Positions 11,769-24,914 of a stretch of DNA of 64,000 bases are shown here, piece by piece. The position numbers and the translations under genes were made by a program. The stretch spans positions 1-64,000 of the forward strand of contig JALDZS010000115.1 in NCBI GenBank assembly GCA_022813965.1. Reading direction: 5' to 3'. The stretch is from Toensbergia leucococca (lineage: Eukaryota). Each line of letters begins with the position of its first letter. Position 1 is the first letter of the stretch. A model generated the notes under the pieces. It had not been told where the DNA came from and ran no database searches. It saw nothing but the letters and a program-made list of their open reading frames with translations.

Positions 11769-13023
11769 ATGTCGGCACTCGTACATCATCTCGTCCGTCG
11801 CGGTATTGAGGCTACGCAGCAGCGTTACCGCGATGCCGAGCAAGACGTTATCGCCTTCCAGATCCCAACCTGGGGTATCGCAACCCTATGGGCTACCGCC
11901 CTCATATACCTTCTTTTCATCTTCTCTGTGAGTCTTCTCGTGAACACTTCCATGGCCACGGCTGACTTTCCAATTCAAGATCCGTTATACCTATGGAGCT
12001 GTCGTTGCCACACTTGCCATGGTCGAGTCACCCACAGCTACAGCTTTTGAGATAACTGTCGAGAATTCTGACGAGCCTGATGCTCCCTTGCTCTCCGCTG
12101 AGGAGAAAGTCTCCGAGAAGACCCCTGCTATTGAGCCTGAGCTGTTATTAGTGAAGACACAACCCATCACTACAAACCTTCGGGGAACCGTCCAACATCT
12201 TCGTGCCAAAGCTGGCCGATTTTCACGATTTCGAGGCCTGCAGATTGCGATGGTGTTGCACGTGGTGCACCATCTCGTTTTCAGACTATTCACTAGCCTT
12301 GCCCCAAGTGCAATGTTGACTGAGCCCCTCGCATTCATTGCTGCGACTGTACTACTCTCTCGCATGAAGATGACTTGGACCCATGTGGTAATCAGTGCTC
12401 CATCCACAAAGCGCTGGTGGCGCAGAATTCCCAATCGAAAGATGTTGCGCAAGATTGCCGGGCCAACGGCCTTGTTTGCAATTGCAGAGCAGATGACCAT
12501 CTACTTGCCAGCCGTACTTTTCCGCGCATACAATTTACACAAATATATCCAGAGCCCTGAGCATTTCGGGGACATCAGTGACGCCGAACGCAACGCCGTT
12601 TTACTGCAGCTCTTCACTGTCGGCATGGTCGGTCTTGCCACTGCAACTCTTGTGCTCTTCCCAACCAACGTTAGTCTCAAACGAGTTCAGGCCTCAATGT
12701 TGCCCGAGCAAGACGAGTCAATTGTTCCTTTTGATAGGACCTTTGGCGGTAAAGTCAAGCCTGAGATTCTCGGCGGCAGTGGGAAAGTGGGAATGCTTGA
12801 TGCATGGAAGACCTTTGACTGGGCTGCAAGGATTCGATTGGTTAAGGTATACGCCAAAGTTATGGTACTCCAGGCAGCTGTTACCATTCTTTTCGGTATG
12901 ATCGTTTTTGGAGAGTTGAAGATGATCATGGGAGATACTCTTGACAAACTCTTGATGCTTGCTCAAGCTCGTGTCAACGGGGATCAATGGGAAAGTGTGA
13001 CAGTACCAAATGAGAACTTTTGA
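11769..13023 (+). CDS. Multi-pass membrane protein of a conserved fungal hypothetical family
   Basis: ATG 11769, intron 11928..11979. Several hydrophobic segments; motifs WTHVVIS and RVQASMLPEQDESIVPFDRTFGGKV. Confidence 0.8.
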
Positions 13024-14164
13024 GGGCTTGCGGCTCCGGATTTTCACTGGTGCAAGCATTAATTTCCCCACAGTCTTCCCCCGAGTTTTAGTTTCTACGG
13101 TCTTTTCCTACATAGCGGTTTGGTGTATCATGGTGCGATGATTATTGATGGAATGAGATTCATATGGATGTTGTGGCGTGTAACAAAGACGGTTTAAACT
13201 GATACAATACTTCTGCTCAATTCTTGACACTACTTTCAATTACATTTGTTCGAAGAGGAAGCCTACATCAAGCTACACTGGTATGATTGCATGGTGCCTG
13301 CTCATTCTTCCAGTCTACAACGCCTATCCTCCTACAATGGTATCGCCGACACCGACGCCACCTGCCTAGCAGAGTTCGCAAAAGCCCTTGCCGTTTCAAA
13401 GCCTGCGGCCGCAGGCTATGAATGTAGTCCTGGCTCCCGAGTGGGCGGCGTGCTCGCTTTGGACGCAAACAACGATTTCGTTCACAATTCTGCCTACGCC
13501 ATCTTCCCGTTCGTGAATAATCCAAATTGCGTAGTGAACCCGAGTCAGATTTACGACCCCGAGCCTGGGAGGTACAATTTCGATGGCATCAAGTACAAAT
13601 ACGCGAGTGGTCTGAAGACCAGCTTATTTCACTCAACATGTATCAGCCAATTATATCTCAATGCACTTGAGAAGTACCGCCATCTTCAGCATGAGAGTAA
13701 ACCGAGAAAATAGAATATCGATTGTGTCAATTTCGTAAGCGTTGGAACGGCGAAAATACTCGAACACTTTGAGTTTACTTTTTAGCATAAGGATACCATA
13801 TCTGAGAGCTAAACAGCTTGGAAGTTGATTCAAGATTCATACAATTTCCTTTTCATGAGTACTTGTAGTGACTAACAGGAAGTGATATCTTATCAATCGG
13901 TACGGATTAGAGGTAGCGATCATCACCTTCCCCTAGCGCCACCCAACCCAGCGGCCCGCCCGACCTGCGTCATCTAGAACATTAACAAAGCCTCCAACTC
14001 CTACTTTCACAACCCACAATCTCATAATCTCCACATACAATCTCCTACCAACCTGCCCCAGTAACCCAACATCGCAACCAATACATTTCCCCATTACCAA
14101 TTCTCCCAACCTCCTCCTACAACCCCAGCATCCTGACCGCCCCTGCCCCCGCGCCGAAAGAAGC

Positions 14165-14875
14165 ATGGCGACCACAGCAGCCGCGGGGCTCCTAGGCCGC
14201 CAACTTAAGCAAATGCAAACCGATAAGGACATTCCCGGTATCAGCTGCGGTCTCGTTAACAACAACGTCTTCGAATGGGAGGTAATGCTCATGATCTCCG
14301 ACGACTGTCGCTACTACGGTGGTAAGTCAACCAAAACAACCCTCTCAATTTCCTCTTCTCTCCCCTTTTTCCGAAATGGACTTCACTCGAAGAACTTTGT
14401 CAAAGATGTGGAGCTTGGGAGGGAAACGAGATAGGCTAACAATGGTGTCTGGTGTTGGGTAAAACAGGTGGATTCTTTCGCGCTCACCTAACCTTCCCGC
14501 CAGAATACCCCCTCCTCCCCCCAAAAATGACATTTCAAACTCCCCTTTTCCACCCAAACGGTACCTCTCCTCCCTTTCCCCTCCAATCCATAACGCTAAC
14601 CACAGCCCGCCCACATAGTCTATCCCTCAGGTGAAGTCTGCATCTCCATCCTCCACCCTCCCGAAGACGACAAATACGGCTACGAATCCGCCGCGGAGCG
14701 CTGGTCACCTGTCCAGACACCCGAAACTATCCTTCTTAGCGTTGTCAGTATGCTCAGTAGTCCCAATGATGAGAGCCCAGCGAATGTGGAGGCGGCCAAG
14801 TGTTGGAGGGAGGATGGGAGGGAGTTTCGGAGGAGGTGTCGGGGGTGTGTTAGGGGGAGTTTGGGGGAGGAGTAG
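14165..14875 (+). CDS. Ubiquitin-conjugating enzyme E2 (UBE2G1/S. pombe Ubc15-like)
   Basis: Exons 14165..14321, 14468..14560, 14619..14875. [36 protein letters not shown]: catalytic Cys plus the acidic loop of the G/Cdc34 class. Confidence 0.93.
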
Positions 14876-15518
14876 GTTTGAGTTCTATCTTATTTCTTGA
14901 TTTTCGAGGGGCAGGGGCTGGAGCGGGAGGAGGCGTCTGTAAATTGGATAAGGGAGTGGGCCTTGACAGTGAGTTTGACTGATATTGGACGTTCGCACTC
15001 GGTGGCTATGGTTTATGGGTATTTTTCTTTGCGAGCGAAGCATTTATGGCCATAGCATGCCGGCCTTCAGACATTGGAGTTAGGGGCGTGCATAGATTTT
15101 TGTCGTCGAACAGCCAACCTCCGCACAGTATTTTAGTAGTTCCCAATAGTGCTGCTTCCAATAATCCCCTTCTTGTGAAAGATACTACTCGATTAAAAGA
15201 CATGGTTCTGATTGGCCACAATACGTCAAATTTACCTATAACTCAGCTGTCTTATGCCAATTTATTCAGTAGTTCTATCGTTCAACAGCGTGTCATCTCA
15301 CTTTGAAAAGACGAGGGTTAATTGTAGTTGTACGGAGTAAAGGGAGGCCCTTTCTGAACTTTTTCCTTGGCACGATTAGAATACCTAGATCGGCCAACGT
15401 CCCGCGATGATGCAATTTAGGGCCAAAGTACGAGTATGCTGCAGTCAACAACGGTTTCAATGAAATTTGTGTCCTCATCTTTTCCACTTCTCTCTTCGGT
15501 CAGTCTCTTTCCATAATC

Positions 15519-16486
15519 ATGGCTTCCATCGTCACTCGTGCAGCTCCTCGTCTTTCTTTCAGCGCATACGCGACGCCAATCCGACAGCAACCCTACCTCC
15601 GCCCAGCTTCCCAATCCCGCCGTAATTTCGCAACACCCGCCACCTCGGAACAGCCCCGCCTCCGACTTGGCAGCATTGCGCCAAATTTCAAAGCCAAAAC
15701 CACTCAAGGCGAAATTGATTTTCATCAATGGATTGGCGACAAATGGGCTATCTTGTTCTCGCACCCTGCCGACTTTACTCCAGTGTGCACGACTGAACTC
15801 GGCGCATTTGCTAAATTGAAAGGCGAGTTTGAGAAGAGAAATGTGAAGCTCATTGGCTTAGTATGCAGAATTCTTTTTGGACTGTTCTTTGATCTATGCT
15901 GAATGCCTGCTCTCAGTCCGCCAACGACCTCTCTTCCCACTCCCGCTGGATAGACGACATTAACGAGACCTCAAACACCAGCCTCACCTTCCCCATCATC
16001 GCCGATGCTGAACGAAACATAGCCTGGCTCTACGATATGGTAGATCAGCAGGACTTGAGCAATATTGATCAGAAAGGAATTGCTTTCACGATCCGGAGCG
16101 TGTTTGTGATTGATCCCAATAAGAAGATCCGGCTTACGATGATGTACCCGGCCAGTACGGGGCGGAATACTGCTGAAGTCTTGAGGGTGGTGGATAGTTT
16201 GCAGACGGGGGATAGCAGGGGCGTGACGACGCCGATTGACTGGATGTGAGTTCTCTTGTCGATGGCTCCAGTAGGGTGCAGTTACTGCCAAGAGGATTCG
16301 CTAATGGTCGAGTAGACCTGGCGACGATGTTATTGTGCCGCCGACTGTAAGCACGGCGGATGCGAGGAAGAAGTTTGGAGATGTGAGGGAGGTTAAACCG
16401 TATGTATCTCTCTGCCTTCTATGCACAACTCGTGAATGACAATTCTCTACTGCAGGTACCTTCGATTCACGAACGTAGGTAAATGA
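15519..16486 (+). CDS. PRX1: Mitochondrial 1-Cys peroxiredoxin
   Basis: Arg/Ser/Ala-rich presequence; [16 protein letters not shown] active site; YPASTGRN. Three introns, the first 15861..15916; ends YLRFTNVGK* at 16486. Confidence 0.95.
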
Positions 16487-17258
16487 GGGTGCTGAGATTT
16501 AGACGAGTGTTGCATCTTCCCGGCGTTGTGGCATTTAATCAAAAGGCGCATTTGTATAGAGATTCTTTATCTTGGGTCTAACATGGACAAATTATCACGA
16601 CTATAACCCTGAACCACGTTCCAAGTCTCGTTTGCTCTATCAGCTGAATTCCAGCTGGGCACCGGGCCTAGATCCACAATCAACCTAGATCCGCAATCTC
16701 GCCCCCTTTTCCAACCTTACGAATCCCACAGAGTTAGAGATGAAGAGGACAGCAATGTAAGTTAAATTTCCATGCAATATATTGTTGCTAGGAAAGTCAC
16801 AGGCAGATGTCTTGAATGACAAGGCGAGCTCGAAAGGCAAATGACCAAGACACAATATATCTCATAAATAAAACAAGGGGGCCAATTGCTCCTTATTTCC
16901 CGTAGCAATGAAGGAAGTCAAAGCAAGAGTGGCCGAGACTTGACACAATGTAGAATTTCGTAGGCCCAAAATCATTGCCATCAGGGTACCCGAGGAAGTG
17001 TGCTTTTATTGGTTGGGGGTTTTTATTTTGAGATGGGTTAGGGAGAAAATTGTGGAATGAGGTTTTAGTTGAACGGATTCGACATTTGGGGTTTGGTGCG
17101 TTATTTTCATGTACGAGTAGTAGAAAGCTGTTACTTTGTTAGCAAAAGAAGAAGAGTAACCGGTTATTCTGGCCAATGAATTTGCCCAAACCCATGACCC
17201 CTCATCCTCCATCAAAAAAAAGCAACACGTGAGAATCCCATGTAACAGGGCACAAAAG

Positions 17259-17362
17259 TGATCAGAGTGGGATTCGAACCCACGCCCAGTTACCCAGACC
17301 AGGAATATAAGTGCTAAGGATAGACCTTAACCTGGCGCCATAACCAACTCGGCCATCTGACC
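17259..17362 (-). tRNA. tRNA-Leu(AAG) with about 20-nt intron
   Basis: GGTCAGATGGCCGAGTTGGTTATGGCGCCAGGTTAAGG-[intron]-TCCTGG, long variable arm, GGTTCGAATCCC T-arm, acceptor GGTCAGA/TCTGATC, downstream T-run. Confidence 0.93.
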
Positions 17363-20300
17363 CTTTCATGAGTTTCAGTAATTTGTTTGACAAATGTTTT
17401 TCATGAAACTGAGATGGGAAGTGAATGCGGGAGCGGATGGTGTTTACGCGGAGATAAAATGAAAGGCACACTGACACACACAACTCAGACTTCCAACTAC
17501 GTAGTGAGGAAGCGAAGTAGGCCTCAAGGGGATTCAATGTTAGTCATGTTTCACCCCGGGAACGAGACAGACACACACAAGTAGCGATCAAATAAGCAAG
17601 GCTCATGAGAAAATGATTTGCCCCTATTAATGAGAACACCTCCTTTTGATAAACACACCCCTTTATCGACCACATTCACCCCTAACCCCCCTTCTTCCCG
17701 GGCGCAAAAATCCCCCAGATAATCATCAAAGACTTTTGCACCATAAATGGGACTCAACTCCCCCACCTCTTCCCGCATGCCATGTTACACTCTTCTCTAC
17801 TTGCATTCCCATTGAAATTAGCAAAGTACGAATATCACCTACCAAACTTTTGCTAGTCCAAATTTCCGACTCGATACTTCCAACCAACCCCTTGACTCGG
17901 TTTCGCCACCCCCCATCCAACACAACCCAGCCAACCTGCTTCCCTACCTGACCTATTTGTAGACCTGCCATAGCTATCAAAAGCTGAACCGAAAAAGTCC
18001 TGATGAAAAGCATGACTGGACTTTGGGGTTGGTTTGTTGTTGTCTCGGTCCTACGGCTAATTGAGTAACCAGACGATGGGATTTACTAAATCCCATTTTG
18101 CATGCACCTGAAAATCTCGTAGCTATTTTTCTTGTGGCAAACTGCATCCACGAAATCAGTTCATGACACTTTCACTTAAACTAAAGTACTCTGAATTTTC
18201 ATCATATTATATCTATGCTTGTCATCTTCTCATATTTTAACCTTTTTTTTTCAGAGCAACAGCATTGCCGTTTTTACAGTGTCTTAAGCTTTACTCTAGC
18301 TTTGATAGTATACTGGTTCTCTCTCTTGATTTTGTTGATTAGATGTCAGGGGAAAATTCATGACTAGGGTGATATTTTCAATAATTGTACGAGTATGGTG
18401 ATAAGATAGATTGATGGAGAAAGCTAGCTAGGTGGGCAAACTCTCTATATCTATGTGCAACAGCTATCTATCCTTTGCGCCACGCCAGTAGTCTTACCCT
18501 GCCCTTGTGCCTCGCTTATCTCCTTGCCTTTGTGCCAATTCCATGAGCAATTGTTGTCGCTAGCTCATCTTCTGCATCGCTGTCAGCATCCGTGGGGAAA
18601 AAATTCACATCTACAGCTGTCTCTAGTAAGATATCTGATAGCTTTGTTTCCGGCTGTCTCTGTCTGTCATCTAATATGGAGTCTTCGTTCTTATATGGGA
18701 GACCAACGCGCTCTGGATTTCCAGTTCTTCCGTCTTCATTGTCTGGATGGTCTTGTCTGTCGTATTCTTGGAAGGTGTATCTCCGGGACTCGGTCCATTC
18801 GTATTTCTTTCCAATTATCTTTCGTTCAAGGAATTCGTGCGGTGTGTTGCCCACTGGCATTGCTGTGGGGGTATTTCGCCCTATTCAGTGTTCGCGCTCA
18901 ACTCCATCAATTTCTTTAGAGGCTCTATCTAATACCAACTCGCTTTCCGTACTCGTTGTCTTGGGCCATTGGAGCAAAAGCATGTGAATGCCTATCATGA
19001 GTGAGTTGCCACTATACGTTGGTCATGGATCCCTTTTCAAGCTTCCAGTCATCTTCCGCAGCTTTGGGAATGGTGACCATCTCATGGAATAGAGAGATTT
19101 TATACGGGCCACTCCTACAATTTCTCCCTTGGCTTCTCCTTTGGAGACCTACCCGCATTGGCCAACTTTTCAACCCATTTTCTAACGCTCGAAGCGTATA
19201 TTCTCAATCAACACATTCTCATACTCTTCACACCCATGATCCTTCCTTACAGGACCTTCCGAATCATCGTCCAACTTGTAAGACTTGCCGATGTACTTCG
19301 TTCGGGGGATCGGGGGGTTCCGATATGCCCTGCCGAAAAACCTTGATATTCCTCTTGAATTTCCATTGAGTCCTCAGCGAATATTGCACGTTCGTTGGAA
19401 GGATATGGAAAATAGAGTCTGATAAGTTTACTTAACATTGAATCATCCGCCGCGTTGCAATCGACGTCAGTAGGAACACGATGGAGCCTCAATTTGAAAT
19501 ATCAATAGTCTTACCGATGATATTCTTCTCTCCGGTATCACAAACAGCGTAAAGGAGAGCATTTATAAAGACAACAGGAGTTACACCACATTCATAATTG
19601 AGCATTCGAGACCTTTGGGTCAACCTCATACATGCCAAACACAATAGCAGTAGAGATAACCCCCCGCAAAATTTGCAGTGTCATGCCTCCATACACGGCT
19701 ACAAGACGAACAATCTGTTTCTGATCATTCACGACCCTTTTTTCCTTTCTCCTTGCAAGGCACATCTTTATTTGCTCATATATTATCCACCGCAAGTGCT
19801 TCTTGTAATACCCAAATAGCTTGCGCTTAATCCAAGATACAAATCTTTAATAGCGTCGAGATGGAGGACTTGTAGACCACAATCAAGGCTATTCTTCTAT
19901 TGTCTTGATGCCACATGACCAACTTATTCCAGGCGCGATCCGTCAGGCTGCAGATGTGTCTTGATAAATCATATCATATTTCGTACTATGCCTGTGACCA
20001 AACCTGCAGAAGCCCCAGCGACCATATGCACTCACGCCACCCTGTGGCGCTCGTTCAGGCTATCGTATATCAAGTCCTTGCAGTTGCCAGAAGTATAAAT
20101 TTGGATGGCGCTCGCGGGTACAAGGCTCGTGAGGTTTGGGCCAAGAGCTTTAAAGAAGACCCTTTGCCTTTCATACGGTGAATAGAGAATAAGATCTGAT
20201 ATTTTTCATGGATGTGGAGAAGAGGTAAGAGTGGAAAGGACATGGAATTAGAAAACAATAAGCTGTGTGAAGCTTGATTAATGAAGAGCTTCAACTGATT

Positions 20301-20535
20301 GTGGTGATACCATTTGAATCATGATGATCTGATAGAATGAATATATGGTGAGAGGGTCAAATCATTCTACTGAGATAGGGTGTGTTAAATAGAATTGTAA
20401 AAGCCTGTCTATTCACAACTCAACAAACCAATAACATCAAAAAACCCTCCGACTTCAGATTGATAATAATAAGAAAAGTATCCTTGTTTATAAACAAGTC
20501 AATATCACTAATAGTGACGGCATAAACATTAAGAT

Positions 20536-20639
20536 GTCTAGATGGCGTAGCTGGTTATCGCGTCGGTCTCATATGTTCTATGATTACAATCCCAATTGTA
20601 GCTATCCGAAGGTCGTGAGTTCAATCCTCACTCTGGACA
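20536..20639 (+). tRNA. Elongator tRNA-Met(CAT) with 30-nt intron (20574..20603)
   Basis: GTCTAGATGGCGTAGCTGGTTATCGCGTCGGTCTCATA-[intron]-ATCCGAAGGTCGTGAGTTCAATCCTCACTCTGGACA; acceptor GTCTAGA/TCTGGAC. Confidence 0.93.
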
Positions 20640-21089
20640 AATTTCTATTTTGCTCTTGAACCATGATGCAAGGACATCCCTTTTTGGTCTTTACTTGAGC
20701 GCAACATCGCAAAAGAAACATCATAATCTGATATCACATCATGACTCAATTTTTTCACCTGATCTCTTTGGAGGAAACCGTCGCTATGTCGCATTACCGG
20801 GCGCAGTAGAACATTGACGCGTTCCATCCCCTTGTTTGATTTGTGCAGAAAAAAAAAGATCCTACTCAACGAAAAAAAAAAAAAAGCTCTCAGTGTTCTT
20901 TCAGCTTGATTAGACAAGCTCCTTTTTGGGTTTGAGGGGAGGGGGTTGTAGAGAATAACTTATTTTACCTCCTATTTATTCTCCCAAGATCGTCAACAAA
21001 TACGAACGGGGGGGTGGATGGGCTAAAGTTGCTGACTTGGGAATATTGAAGGGGGGTGAGGGAGAGAGGTGGAGAGTGAGGAGGAGGAA

Positions 21090-21158
21090 AAGAAGAAGAA
21101 GAAGAAGAAGAAGAAGAAGAAGAAGAAGAAGAAGAAGAAGAAGAAGAAGAAGAAGAAG
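21090..21158. repeat. (AAG)23 microsatellite
   Basis: Uninterrupted AAG trinucleotide run. Confidence 0.97.
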
Positions 21159-21763
21159 ATGGAGGAGGTGAAGCAAGCCTAGGATACCCTTGAGATCGAC
21201 ACTCAAGGAAGAAGCAGCCTCCATCAAATCCTCAAAGCTACCATCCAAATGCGTGCATACCTTCACATCCAAAAAAAAGGCCCTCACACAGACACCAAGT
21301 TCAAAAATATAATCCTTTTCATATTCCATATCTATGTACCTAACTTGCACCCTCGCTATGCCGCCCCCACCCGACCTCAAGCATAAAATAGACACAGAGA
21401 GCAGTGATATCCACAAGACGTCCCATTTCGTAAGAACCCGCCTCCCCGCTACAAAACCTGAAAAACCCGCCGAAAGAAACCCATATGAAACATCCAGAGT
21501 AGGGGGTATATCCCAAACGAGCTCAGAAAGGAAGAAACATTCGCGCATTGTTGAATATGTAAGCCATGAGGTTAAAATCTCCGAGAGTGACGCCGATGAT
21601 CCCAAGGTGTTCAGTAACATACGAATTGTCGGAGAACTCCATGCGAAATGTCCAGCCCCAAGCATCAACTGAAAGCTTTCAATCCAAGGTTATGAAATTC
21701 AGCGACATAGAGGAAAGAGTTCTCGAGTCCGTCGTCTGTACGTCAGCGACTCAAGCCAGACTT

Positions 21764-24700
21764 TCAGACCTCAATCGAACTGCCCAGCACCTTTTCCCTA
21801 ACATGTCCCAAGCCCTTCATGCACACCCTATGTTTCTCCCAGCTGATGTCCCAATGTTGTCGGACTCTAAAGTCCTCTTCTACACCTTGCATGTACTTGT
21901 TATAACCCCCCTTCTCCGTCCCTGCTCCTACAGAACTCATCCATTCTGATTCCAGCGTCTTCTCAAGCCCAGCCTGCCTTCCGTTGAAGTGATTCAGCAT
22001 CTTAGTATTGTATTGGTTCCACTCAAACATGTAGACGCGCATCTGCGCTATGTAGCGTTCCCAAAAGCTTTGCGTGATTGTTTCTGGGATGAGAGGAGCT
22101 TTGGGTGGGTTCGGAAGGGTAAGACGTTGAGGAAGTAAAGGCTTATTGGGACTCGTCGAAGGCCGAGATTCGAAAGGTAGAGCAGTGTGAAGCTCTTTAA
22201 GGTCTGTAAGACCTTCATTGCTGGACGCGAAAGGAGCTACATTCTTAAAATTGCCGAGATCGATCCCTGCAGCATCACTGCCCGAGTGAGGATGACCGTT
22301 CGATCTTGGCGGTATTGGAGGACCCGGAGGTCGAGGCGTCGTCTCTGAAATATCTGATTGCGCTGATGACTTGTGCTGACCTTTTATCTGTGATTGCTGG
22401 CTTGAAGACGGCGCATCAATATCCATTGGGCTGCTATCACCAGTGGTTTGACTACTCAAGCTCTCAGCAGCACTGCCAGATGCATTGTGTATATTATCCT
22501 CGCCCTCATCATCAACAGCTGCTGAAACACTCGCAGATTTAGTCATAGCTGCTCGCTTGCTGATGCCTCTGGATGGTTTTCTCGGAGTCTTCGGACGTTT
22601 CAAATTCGTTACTCGACCAGGAAGTGGTGGTGGCGGCGGTGGAGGAAAGGCCCATGTTCCGGATGACCACAAGTCTGCAGAAAACTTGGCTTGATTTGGA
22701 GGAGGCTGATTTGCCGGGGGCACCTCTGGAAACCCATTTTGTCTTTTCTGGCCACCAGTCAACGGGCTTTCATTCTTCGGTTGCTGGAGGTCTCCTTGGT
22801 CTGTCGTAGGTGATGGGTTTGCGCTTGTATAATTACCTCCCTTTGGCGGTGGGGGAACAAAGTAATCCTTGTTACTGCCGATAAATTCGCCTTTCCATTC
22901 GGGCGAAAAATTTGTATTGATGGTTTCAGAGCTATGGCTTTTCAGATTCGATTTATTGTGGAACGTTTTGTGGCCTATAGGGTACCCGAAACTGTGGGGC
23001 GAGTCTGTATTAGCCTCGCTGAACAGAGTACTTGAAGATTTTCTATTCCATGAAAAAGACTCAATGGGTATCTTCTGAGCCTCTGCCTGCCTCTTGGGCG
23101 CCATACTGGAGGGGACTGCCCAGTATGGCGGAAGAGCGGATGATATTCTCGGCTTCTTGGGGGACATGAATGGCCATTGGTCTGACCATTTTTCTGAAGA
23201 TGAAGATGAAGGAGATGAGCTATGCCCAGAAGAGCCATACATTGAAAGTGGTTCTTTCTGATCGCCCGTAGTGGGCCGAACAAAATCCTTAGGAGCACAC
23301 CCAACATCTGTTCCATCACGTTTCTCTTGCCAGCTTCGTGACCTTTCTAAATGAGGCTGTGAGCTAGCTCTACTATGAGGCGATGAATTAAAGGGCGCTG
23401 ACATGGGAGGTTGCGCTGCAGAATGATGATGTTTCCGCTCTGTTTCTCGAGTTGTTCGATGAGGAGTGAGTCCTTCCGAAAGATCTGCACTCCCTTTCCT
23501 TGAGAAAGTGTGATCAGTCACGCCTCCCTGCCGAGCTTGATTCGCCCAGCTGTTCTTGAGATTAACATTGGCGAAGTTGGGACGTAAGTCTTGGTCCACT
23601 TCATCCTCTACATTGACGAAGGGTTTGGATTGAGGTTGGCGGTGTCCCGGGAAGCGAGAATCGCTAGGCTTCCTCTCATGGTGGTTGGGAGCTTTTGCAG
23701 AGAATTCTACTTCATCGGATGACGAAGACGATGTCGAATAGGCTCGGTGCGCTTTCGGGCTACTCATTTTCGGGCTCGCACTGTGGTGCCTGCCGGCACT
23801 GGAATGCGAGTGAGGACTGCCGGTATTACTTGGATCATTATCGTCCCATTCATCACGATTTTTACTCGTTCGGGAGCTCGCAGATCTTCCAAGTCCTGTG
23901 CTTGAGAAATACGTCTTTTCTCCACCTGCTGTGGCGTAAGGTGTACTGATGCGTTCGCTGTTTGAAGTAAGATCATCTCGCGAGCGAAATGGTCGGAGTG
24001 GATCTGGCTTCTTTGCCGTAGGCGCTTGCCCTGGCGGGGGCGGAACAAAGTGAGTACGAGCTCTCGATGCCTGTGGACGTTCGCCTCTAGAAACATTGAA
24101 ATAAGCAGAGCGTGCTTGCGGTTCTTCTCCTCCAGGTGCAGCTGGGACGAAGCCTGGCCTTCGTGGAGTACGTGTGGAATTATCTCTGGGTGTACCTGGA
24201 TAATATTCTTGGAACTGTTCCCATCCTGCTCGTGACTTTGATGTTGGGTCATTACCTGCAGAGCGCCCCGTACCAGGTGGGTAATCTTGTGCGGGCTTTG
24301 CATACTTTGGCGGTGCAGTTCTTCTTGGTGGCGTCGCGGGGTTGGTTCTCATCTGCTCCCAAGCCCTGAAGGCATTTGCCTTTGTCTGCGCTTCTTCCGC
24401 ACTACTTTTCTGATATGCTGGTTTGGGATACTTTTCGTACCTGCTAGAGGTAGACCCAGCTGCTGAACTCGTCGTAAAGGTTGGCTTCGATGCCGCAGGA
24501 GGGTGGGGCCGAAATGGAGGCGCAGGTGGAGGCGGTGGAAAGTTTGTACTGGCGGCGGCCCTTGAAGGCATATTTGGTCTTGCGGTGGTGGGCGAGGCAT
24601 ATGAATTAAGCATTCCTGAGCGGATACGATCTGCATCATATTTAGAGCGTTGTATCGGATCTGTGAGGACCTCATGCGCAGCTTGTATTGCTTGAAATTT

Positions 24701-24914
24701 TGCATTGAATTCGACTTCTTTCCCAGGGTTGCGGTCTGGGTGGTACTTGAGTGCTGAGTCGAGGAACAGATTAGTGTCATGTGATATATTTGAAATCTCA
24801 CTTGCAAGTAACCTCACCAAGTTTCTTGAACTGCCTCTTTATCTCATTTGCGTCGGATGTTGGAGTAACCTCGAGAGCGCCGTAGTAGTCACAGCAGGCG
24901 TCTGCCTTCACCAT
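21764..24914 (-). CDS. Large DnaJ (J-domain) protein with long disordered Pro/Ser-rich region
   Basis: ATG 24914 (MVKADACCDYYGALEV...EIKRQFKKL); intron 24817..24754; ALKYHPDRNPG HPD motif; helical C-terminal domain. Possible second in-frame intron 23240..22992. Confidence 0.9.

Noticed and set aside
16668..16699. Short direct repeat CCTAGATCCRCAATC, two copies
   Set aside because: Only two 15-bp copies with no array or element context
20976..21668. 230-aa ORF with a poly-Leu tract
   Set aside because: The poly-Leu is just the (AAG)23 microsatellite read on the minus strand; there is no other protein-like signal
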